A DNA stretch of 64,000 nt, from contig JAZQSV010000041.1 in NCBI GenBank assembly GCA_045630265.1, positions 525 to 64,524 of the forward strand, read 5' to 3'. Position 1 is the first letter of the stretch, and each line of letters opens with the position of its first letter. This document shows positions 34,757-42,413 of the stretch, in pieces. The translations under genes and the position numbers were made by a program. This DNA is from Acutalibacteraceae bacterium (GTDB lineage Bacteria > Bacillota > Clostridia > Oscillospirales > Acutalibacteraceae). Under the pieces are notes generated by a model. The model was not told where the DNA came from, made no database searches, and worked only from the letters and a program-made list of their open reading frames with translations.

Positions 34757-36509
34757 AAATGTCCTCCACAATATTACCTTCTTTGTCTACGAAGAAACTC
34801 TTTGTACCGTAAATCTTACCTCGCTCCAAAATGTAGTAGTCAAAGGCATACTGCGTTTCACCGCTCTCGTTTTTAGCAGTTACGCGCATAAAGTACTGTC
34901 CTTTTGGAAGCTTATCAAATTTTGCTATTGGAATAGAAATATCTGTCTGTTTTACTAAAACGTTTTTGAAGTTATAATCCTTTGCAAGCTCAAATGTATA
35001 TGTAATATCTTCGCCATTGAAGTCAAAGGAGGCATCCCATTCTACTGTATATCCATCATTTTTTTTCACCGGAACACCAATATAAAATGGCATCGGCTTT
35101 TTCAAAGAGGCCTTATAAAGAGCATAGTTATCGGCTATTTCCTTGGTTATACTCTTAGCCACTTTGTCATACTCAGATTTTGTAAGGCGGGTATAGGTTA
35201 AATCTTTGCCCTGATATACGTAAGGTTTTAAAAGCTTTGAGTAGGCATCAACGTAGGAGTTAACAAGCTCGTCGCTCATAAGGTTCTTTAAATCTTCTAC
35301 TGCCTTGTCAAGTTCTTTAAGATAGGTTTCAGATTTAAGAAGGCGCTGGAATAGTACGTTACCCCAATAGTTACTAACGCCGCGTTCCCAATTAAGATAG
35401 TCGTTTCTTCCTAAAATTTTGTACTCCTCAGCGAGGAAGGAACCGTCGATATCCCAAGGGAGAATATACCATCTGTCCATGTTTTGTGGGCTGTAGATAT
35501 AGAAGTTGCGGTTTTGGGTATCAATATTACCTATAAGCAGGTTGAATGCCATCCAGTAGGCAATATTTTCTATATCTAAATGCTCTTCTACAATCTCCTC
35601 TATAGGAATGGAGAAATCGTTTATTTTTTCGAGCAGGTTAATAAGCTTTGTGTGGTCGTCGTCGCCCTTTATTTCCAAAATTTCCTCGAACTTTTTAAGG
35701 TCGTATTTGGGATCCTCTTTTAAAACAATAATATCTTCGTAGCGGTAAAATTCGCACACGTTGATTTTGTAAAGATGTCCTCTGTTGTCAAGACCGTGGG
35801 CCTTAAGAGCGGTTTTGTTAAGCTGTTCTACCTGCGTGTAAATTCCGTAGTCCTGAAATTTGCCGCTGCCGCCCGCCGTTGTATCCTTAACGTATAGGTG
35901 AACAAAGGTGGTGCGAAGACTAAGTAGCTGTTCGATATTTGTAAGCAAATCAAAGCCAAGTTTGTTTCTAAAGCGAAGACCGTCGCCCTGATGCTTATTA
36001 AGGGCAAGGGTGGTTTGTCCGCGCCAGTCGCCTTTATTCTCTTTAATGCTTATCTTGTAGTTTTTCTGGGGATTTCTACTGGAGGACTGACCCCTTATTT
36101 GCACCGTGCAGTTTGGGGCCATCTGTCCGTAGCCAAGCTCACCGGGCATAAGACCCTTTTCATCGCCTACCTGTAAAAGACCTGCAACCTTATATCGGTC
36201 TACACCCATTCGGTCGTAGTCATATGCAGAATAGGTATTTATCTCCTCCCAGGTGTGGTTGGTGCCCTCACCCTCGTTACCCGTAGAAACGGTAAGATAC
36301 ATAGTAACAATTTCAGTGTTACTGTATTGTGAGTATAGTAGATTCTTGTCCCTTATATGTATACTTTCTTCGGTTTCGAAGTCCTCTGCATCCAGCTTGG
36401 TGCCCAGGTTGGTATCAATTGCTGTGTTAATATTACTATCACTGCAACCGCAAACCGAAAGAAGCATTAAAAGGGCAAGTGCCAAAGACAAAAAAGCTTT
36501 AAGTTTCAT
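34743..36509 (-). CDS. cotH: CotH-family atypical kinase-fold protein, lipoprotein-type signal peptide, C-terminal Ig/FN3-like domain
   Basis: MKLKAFLSLALALLMLLSVCGC signal. CotH core (LALNKHQGDGLRFRNKLGFDL, NFYIYSPQNMDRWYILPWDIDGSF). Confidence 0.8.
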   Translation of the reverse strand: MKLKAFLSLALALLMLLSVCGCSDSNINTAIDTNLGTKLDAEDFETEESIHIRDKNLLYSQYSNTEIVTMYLTVSTGNEGEGTNHTWEEINTYSAYDYDRMGVDRYKVAGLLQVGDEKGLMPGELGYGQMAPNCTVQIRGQSSSRNPQKNYKISIKENKGDWRGQTTLALNKHQGDGLRFRNKLGFDLLTNIEQLLSLRTTFVHLYVKDTTAGGSGKFQDYGIYTQVEQLNKTALKAHGLDNRGHLYKINVCEFYRYEDIIVLKEDPKYDLKKFEEILEIKGDDDHTKLINLLEKINDFSIPIEEIVEEHLDIENIAYWMAFNLLIGNIDTQNRNFYIYSPQNMDRWYILPWDIDGSFLAEEYKILGRNDYLNWERGVSNYWGNVLFQRLLKSETYLKELDKAVEDLKNLMSDELVNSYVDAYSKLLKPYVYQGKDLTYTRLTKSEYDKVAKSITKEIADNYALYKASLKKPMPFYIGVPVKKNDGYTVEWDASFDFNGEDITYTFELAKDYNFKNVLVKQTDISIPIAKFDKLPKGQYFMRVTAKNESGETQYAFDYYILERGKIYGTKSFFVDKEGNIVEDIYVET

Positions 36510-36512
36510 TCT

Positions 36513-37964
36513 TTATCTCCTCTCAAACCGTTCTTCTAAAAATACCCCAAGTCGTGTGAAAAAGCCACTGCGGTCCTCTGCCACAAGGGGCTGTACAGAC
36601 AATATGTAAAATGGAAGCCGCTTGGTAAAATAGTCAAGCCGCAGTGCGGCAATTATTACAAAAACAAGTGCTGCAATTAAAAATCCAAAGCCGTAATAGA
36701 CGTATGAAAAGAAAAGGGAGAATATTGTAAGCACCGTTCCTAAAGTGGCAAAAACAAAGGTTGCAAGCAAGGCTCCCTTATAATCTGTAAAGTAAAGAAG
36801 AATAAGCATAAGCATATTGCCTATAGCGTAAAGCCCGTAGGCAACGCAAAGTGTTCTGAAATATCCGCGCATAATCTCGTTAAAGCCAAGGGGAAGTAAA
36901 TCCAACAAAAATCCGCCAAGTGCAATACAGGCCGCGGTAAAAAGCAGTTGTTTAAGCGAGGTGTAGAAAATTTCGGTTTTAAGGGTTCCCAGCATTTCTT
37001 TTTCGGACTGCTTAATATCACCAATAGTGCCTTTATCGTTATAAAGACTGTAGTGGTTGCGGTATTTGGGATAGAAATTAACCTCTACTGAAACAACAAA
37101 ATTAACAGTGGTCATAAGCGCCGTCATAAAGGCAATAAGTGCGGGAACGTCGTGCCATGGTGCGCCGTAGAACAGACCCTTAACGTGCACCCTTATATCG
37201 GAACACCATATTATAACAAGGTGAGAGAACATTCCAATATTCATAAAAAGTCCCGAAAGGGCAAGGGGTAAAAACTCATCCAGCCATCTAAGGAAGGTAA
37301 AGGCGCCAAGTTTTGTGTGGGGGAAGTAGCGATGAAGCAAAATTACGTTCCAGATAAGCATTATTCCATAACCGACACTAACTGAAAACAAAAGTGATTC
37401 AATGGTAGGGAACCTTAGCCACAAAAGCAATGTGCCAAGTAGTATAGAAACAGCAACCGAGGTTAAAAAGGAAAGGAAAATTCCCTTATAGTCCTTAATT
37501 GCAGTTAAAAAGCTCATGGCGTTCCAAACAATTATAAGCTCGCCAAAAAGTACAAAGCACAAAACTCCCTGAATCAGTGTTGCGCCAGAAAAAACCAAGA
37601 ATAAGCCGTAGAGGGGGCTTCCAACTGCCAACATTATAACGGTAGAGCCCCAAAATGCGGGTAAAACAGCACCGTTTTGCTCTTCAAAAAGCATATCGGC
37701 AATATAGCGGGTTACCACCATAGAGAAAAACGAAGAAACGGTAACCGAAGCCAAAAGTGTGTAGGTTATCATACAAATAAGCAACTCGCGATTATGTGTA
37801 TCTATTGCAAAAAAACTGCAAATAGCCATAATACCAAGTAGCAGTAAAACACCAAGCAACATAGGGCCTGCACATATAATTGTTGCATAACCGTAGGCCT
37901 TGGTTGTGTTAAGCACGCCCTTTTTTTGGAAAAGCTTTTTTAGTTCAAAGCCGATTCCTGCCAA
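36513..37964 (-). CDS. pelG: Pel exopolysaccharide export/polymerisation membrane protein PelG
   Basis: The N-terminus MAGIGFELKKLFQKKGVL is the PelG hallmark. About 12 TM helices. The TTG start lies inside the pelF 3' end. Confidence 0.85.
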   Translation of the reverse strand: MAGIGFELKKLFQKKGVLNTTKAYGYATIICAGPMLLGVLLLLGIMAICSFFAIDTHNRELLICMITYTLLASVTVSSFFSMVVTRYIADMLFEEQNGAVLPAFWGSTVIMLAVGSPLYGLFLVFSGATLIQGVLCFVLFGELIIVWNAMSFLTAIKDYKGIFLSFLTSVAVSILLGTLLLWLRFPTIESLLFSVSVGYGIMLIWNVILLHRYFPHTKLGAFTFLRWLDEFLPLALSGLFMNIGMFSHLVIIWCSDIRVHVKGLFYGAPWHDVPALIAFMTALMTTVNFVVSVEVNFYPKYRNHYSLYNDKGTIGDIKQSEKEMLGTLKTEIFYTSLKQLLFTAACIALGGFLLDLLPLGFNEIMRGYFRTLCVAYGLYAIGNMLMLILLYFTDYKGALLATFVFATLGTVLTIFSLFFSYVYYGFGFLIAALVFVIIAALRLDYFTKRLPFYILSVQPLVAEDRSGFFTRLGVFLEERFERR

Positions 37965-39370
37965 CTGTCTTCCACCTCTTTATACAAATCTCTGTATTTT
38001 GTAAGCATAATGTTGTATCTAAAATGTTCATAGGTGCGCCTTTGTCCTACTTCTCCCATTTTAAGGCGAAGCTCCCTAGATTCACAAAGGGTTTCCATAG
38101 CGTCTGCAAGTAGGTCGCGTTGCATAGGGGGAACAAAGTAGCCCGCCTTACCCAAGGTATCACCCGGTTTACCGTTTAAAAGCTCACTGCAGCAACCCAC
38201 GTCGGTTGTAACACAGGGGCGCCTTGCTGCAAAGGACTCCAAAACCGATAAGGGCTGTCCTTCAGAAATACTGGTAAGTAGCGTAAAATCAAGCTTTTCA
38301 AAATATTCTATTATATTAACTCGGCCGGTAAAGATAATTTTATCGTTAAGCCCAAGCTGATTTACAAGCGCGTAGCATTCCTCGGCATATTCCTCGTCAT
38401 CAACGCCGCCCATTATATGAAGTCGAACGTTATCCATACGGCAGGAAAGCTCAAAGAAGGCATAAATCATAGTTTTTATGTCCTTAATTGGAGCGAGTCG
38501 CACAACGGCGCCAATGTCTACAATGCCGTCTTCTTCCTTTAGCGGTATATTGCAAAGTTTTTCGTAGCTTATGCCGTTTTCAATAACCCTGCATTTATCT
38601 TTGTCGCAACCCATGTCAATCTGTGTTTGCATTGCTCTTGTAAAAAGGGAGGTTACCCTAAAGGCCCTTGCATAAATCAAATCGGAAAGCATATAGAAAA
38701 AGTCTATCCAATGGGGCTTAAAGGCGCGCGCCACCCATTTTGCACGAATAATTTCTTCCTCGCGTTCACGTGTATAAATACCATGTTCGGTAAGAAGTAA
38801 TGGCTTTTTATATATGTAGGCTGCCATAGAAGCAAGCAGTCCGCCGTAGCCGGTGCAAATGGCGTGGTAGCAGTCGGCCGTTGGAATTTCGGTACCCATA
38901 AGGTACAAAACGGGAAGTAGTCGAGAACGAACCGAGTGAAATGCATCGGAAAATGCAATAAAGGGGAAATCTGCTTTACAGGTTTCGGTTAGTGTCTCTA
39001 AAAAGCTTTGGCTTTTAAGGTAGGACATGGGGTTAATTTTTTTAACTTGATATAACTCAAAAAGAAGGTTCCAGTTAGGGCTGTTGGAGGATACAAGACA
39101 TCTGTGCGCCTCGGTTTCTGCCTCGGAAAAGTTGTGTTCAAAAACGCCGCTATCTTTAACTCTTAGGGCATCGTCCAAAAACACCTGTTTAACCTCTACA
39201 ACGTTTTCTGGAAGCTTGTAAACAAACTTATCTTTATCTTCGGCCTTAGCACCAATAACCCAAAGCACAAATTCGTGCTCGGGCATTTCGGTTATGTATT
39301 GGTGCATCCAGGTTGAAACGCCGCCGTTAATGTAAGGGTAGCAACCTTCCAAAATCAAACAAATTCTCAC
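37940..39370 (-). CDS. pelF: Pel glycosyltransferase PelF (DUF3492 + GT4)
   Basis: MRICLILEGCYPYINGGVSTWMHQYI N-terminus, and a GT4 C-terminus (LTSISEGQPLSVLESFAARRPCVTTDVG). Confidence 0.85.
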   Translation of the reverse strand: MRICLILEGCYPYINGGVSTWMHQYITEMPEHEFVLWVIGAKAEDKDKFVYKLPENVVEVKQVFLDDALRVKDSGVFEHNFSEAETEAHRCLVSSNSPNWNLLFELYQVKKINPMSYLKSQSFLETLTETCKADFPFIAFSDAFHSVRSRLLPVLYLMGTEIPTADCYHAICTGYGGLLASMAAYIYKKPLLLTEHGIYTREREEEIIRAKWVARAFKPHWIDFFYMLSDLIYARAFRVTSLFTRAMQTQIDMGCDKDKCRVIENGISYEKLCNIPLKEEDGIVDIGAVVRLAPIKDIKTMIYAFFELSCRMDNVRLHIMGGVDDEEYAEECYALVNQLGLNDKIIFTGRVNIIEYFEKLDFTLLTSISEGQPLSVLESFAARRPCVTTDVGCCSELLNGKPGDTLGKAGYFVPPMQRDLLADAMETLCESRELRLKMGEVGQRRTYEHFRYNIMLTKYRDLYKEVEDSWQESALN

Positions 39371-39379
39371 GTCAAACTC

Positions 39380-41227
39380 CTATTTAAAGGAAACCGTAAC
39401 AGTATCCTTATTAGCTTCAAGCAAATATAAATTTCCCGTAATGTGGGTAAGCTTTCCGCCCAGAACCTTATCGGGCTTATTTTCATTAAAGCGCACCATA
39501 AACTGCGCGTTGTCGTAAAAGTTTTCTATGGTAAGAACCATTTTATCGTCGTAAACCGTGGTTTTGGGCGCAACCGCGGCAAAGCGCTGAACGGCGTTGG
39601 ACATTTCAGAGCCGGTAAAGTTGCGTAGTTCGGGGGCCGAGGTGTAAAGCCAGCTAAGATAAGAGTCAAACCTTTTTGTAAGTTCTCTCCAACCAAGCTC
39701 TGCGCCACGATCGGGGTCAAGCGCATCGTCAGGGTGGGTAAAGTGGTTGTTTATATAGTGGAAATTAAGTTCAGAAAATGCGCCCATTGTCATAAAGTCG
39801 TCAATGTCGCAGCCTGAAATAATACGGGGCTGGTCAACGATGCCGTTTTCGTCAACCTCGTACTCTTGCAGTAGGGCAAAATCCAAAACGTCATCGGGAA
39901 GATAAATACCCGAAAGGGTTTTAATCTGGTCAAATTCAGTTATAAGCATCTCCCTGCCCTCATCTGAAATAAGGTTTGAAGGGGGAACGTAAACCGACAT
40001 TTCTACACCGGGAAAAAGCTCGTCGCAAAAATCGGTGAGATGGGTAAAGGCCTTTACCATAGCGGTGTAGCTCTCCCAAGTTTTATAATCAAAAATACCT
40101 TTATAATCTTTATTATTCAGACAAAGGGGTTGGTGGTTATAACCGTGGTAACCAATTTCTCCGCCCTTTCTAAGAAGCATATTGCCAAAGGTCATAAAGG
40201 TAGCGGTATCGGGCTGGGCGTCGGTTGTTCCGTCTATATTGTCATCGTAGCTTTCTATTGCAAGACCGGTATACTTAATGCCGTAGCGATCTGAAAAATT
40301 CATCATACTCGGCCACCAAATATTGATGTAAAAATCTCTGATGGTGGTGCCGTAGTCGCGGGTTATGTACTCACTGTTTCCGCTTGGAATCTGCGACGGA
40401 AAGTCGTCAAGATAAAAGGTAGAACCGTTTATAACAGGATAAACGTAAACCTTTTTCATAAGACTGATTGATGCGGCGAAGAAGCCCCTGTAGGCCTTAT
40501 CACACATGCCAAAGTTATCTACAACGAACATACCGTCACCATACACAGCTTTCCAAATTACGGGTATGCCGGTTTGGTTTTTTATGCGGGCGTATACTGT
40601 AGTCTTTCCTGGCATCAACTGAACCGTTCTTGCCGATTCATAAAAGTCAGTAACAACGTAGGATTTTCCTGCACCCACCATAAAGTCCTTTTCTACGTAT
40701 ATCTCATCTACGGCGGAGTAGCCAAAGCTTGCCGCAATACCAAGGCGGTTTTCAATGGCCGAGGAATAGGCGTTTTTATCAAGGGTAAGGGGAAAAAGCA
40801 CGCTTCCGCCCTCATAAACCCAATTACAAATATCAATAATTTTTTCTCCCACAAAGGAAAGGTCGGAGAAAAGAATAATAACGTTTTTAAAGCCCGAAAG
40901 CTCGGGTATCTGTTCATCTTTAAGGTTTACGTACTTAGTGCCAACCTTCATATCGGTTAAAATAACCTCAAACTGTTCCAGGGCGAAAACAGATGGCTCG
41001 TTTTCGCTGCTATAAAGCAGTAACGTATCGGATTCAAGGGAACTACAGGCTTTTGCTTTAGTTACTATGTTCTCTTTTGGGAGAGGTTCTAAGCTTTGTG
41101 CGGAATAATTAAACCTTACACCGCTAAGCTCAATAAAAAGGATAGCCGCAATCAGGGAGAATACCATAGCAATGGCCAAAACTCCCTTAAATCGGAAATT
41201 ATTAAATTTTTCCCTCAGCTTTCCCAA
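39380..41227 (-). CDS. pelA: DUF2194-type membrane-anchored polysaccharide deacetylase (PelA deacetylase-domain equivalent)
   Basis: N-terminal TM helix. CE4-like metal motifs (FYLDDFP and GYHGYNH). It occupies the position between pelE and pelF. Confidence 0.7.
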   Translation of the reverse strand: MGKLREKFNNFRFKGVLAIAMVFSLIAAILFIELSGVRFNYSAQSLEPLPKENIVTKAKACSSLESDTLLLYSSENEPSVFALEQFEVILTDMKVGTKYVNLKDEQIPELSGFKNVIILFSDLSFVGEKIIDICNWVYEGGSVLFPLTLDKNAYSSAIENRLGIAASFGYSAVDEIYVEKDFMVGAGKSYVVTDFYESARTVQLMPGKTTVYARIKNQTGIPVIWKAVYGDGMFVVDNFGMCDKAYRGFFAASISLMKKVYVYPVINGSTFYLDDFPSQIPSGNSEYITRDYGTTIRDFYINIWWPSMMNFSDRYGIKYTGLAIESYDDNIDGTTDAQPDTATFMTFGNMLLRKGGEIGYHGYNHQPLCLNNKDYKGIFDYKTWESYTAMVKAFTHLTDFCDELFPGVEMSVYVPPSNLISDEGREMLITEFDQIKTLSGIYLPDDVLDFALLQEYEVDENGIVDQPRIISGCDIDDFMTMGAFSELNFHYINNHFTHPDDALDPDRGAELGWRELTKRFDSYLSWLYTSAPELRNFTGSEMSNAVQRFAAVAPKTTVYDDKMVLTIENFYDNAQFMVRFNENKPDKVLGGKLTHITGNLYLLEANKDTVTVSFK

Positions 41228-42096
41228 AATGCAAAAACCTCCTTTGCTCTTGAAGAAAGGAAAATGTGACTGTCTTCTATTTCCTTCATCAGTTTCTTTA
41301 TATCATCACCTCTGCCAAGTGAGGCAAGGTATTTCAGTTTAAGTAAAAAATAATCTTCGGTTTTTGGGTAGGCCTTTTCCATTTGCCTTAGCGTTTCGCC
41401 CGCAAGGGTAAAGTTTTTGCGAATAAGCTCATTCTCTACCGTACGAACATAGTCGTGTATATTTGCCGTTTCGGAAAGCTTTTTAAGCATTAGTGAAGAA
41501 AAAAGCTCGCGATTTAGCACCTCTACCTGACCTTGCATAAGATTTTGTGAAAGGCAGTTCCATAAAAAGTCGGTATATTTTTCCAAAACAAGTGGGTTGT
41601 CGGGTTCAGCGGCATACTGCCTTTCAAGGTCTTGCAGCATATAGTCATTTTCCTTGGAAATTTCCACCATTGCCGTTACGGCGTAGTGAACAACCTCGGT
41701 ATCCTCGTTGTTGCCCGCCTTTTGTAAAAATTCAATATATTCCTTGGGGTTATCGTTAAGCACATCCATAATAATTGTGCGTCTTTCTTTGGCTGAGTTT
41801 ACAACAAGTGCCTCTTCAATAGGTACAGTGGAAGCGGCAACCTTTTTCTCATCTATGGTAATACCCTTATAAAGCTCCGATTCAAGTTTTAGTTTTTCTA
41901 CTCCAACTTCAATTCCGTCGTCGGCTTCAAACCAAATTTGAAAGTGTAGTATAAGTAGTAATATGGCACCCCAAAAAGGAATGAATAGTGCCACAAAGAA
42001 CATATACTTATGGACCTTTAAAATATTAAATTTAATGCCTAAAAATATTAGCAGACACAAAATTAAATGTACCGCAAGTACTATTAAGTATATCAT
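41215..42096 (-). CDS. pelE: PelE-like protein (two N-terminal TM helices plus helical repeat domain)
   Basis: The topology and operon position match PelE. The sequence itself is weakly diagnostic. Confidence 0.55.
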   Translation of the reverse strand: MIYLIVLAVHLILCLLIFLGIKFNILKVHKYMFFVALFIPFWGAILLLILHFQIWFEADDGIEVGVEKLKLESELYKGITIDEKKVAASTVPIEEALVVNSAKERRTIIMDVLNDNPKEYIEFLQKAGNNEDTEVVHYAVTAMVEISKENDYMLQDLERQYAAEPDNPLVLEKYTDFLWNCLSQNLMQGQVEVLNRELFSSLMLKKLSETANIHDYVRTVENELIRKNFTLAGETLRQMEKAYPKTEDYFLLKLKYLASLGRGDDIKKLMKEIEDSHIFLSSRAKEVFAFWES

Positions 42097-42121
42097 CTTA
42101 CACTCAGTCCTTATTGTATTA

Positions 42122-42413
42122 GGGTATCTTGCTCTACCTTAGGGTAGAACGACATACCCGAACCCGCCTCAAGGTGGCATATTTTGGCGTTTTTCATCCA
42201 TTTAATTCTTGTAATGCGAAAGCATTACCACGCCTTAAATGAACAAAAATCACACAAAATCTCCTCACTTTGAGGTCGAAGATTTTTAAAATAGAGGATT
42301 TTTGTTCTATAAAGGCAAAAACGCAGTAAATCCTTTCGGATTTACGAGTATTTTAACAAAGATAGAGCGAAAATCCACATTTTAAAAACGTGTTCGGATA
42401 TATCGCTCTACCC
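42122..42413 (-). repeat. pair of related imperfect palindromes bounding the pelD-pelE spacer; their arms also form a 22-bp long-range helix
   Basis: Left palindrome at 42122-42159 and right palindrome at 42363-42410. Positions 42142-42163 are complementary to 42392-42413, with 3 mismatches that are all G-U on the sense (minus) RNA. Confidence 0.6.
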
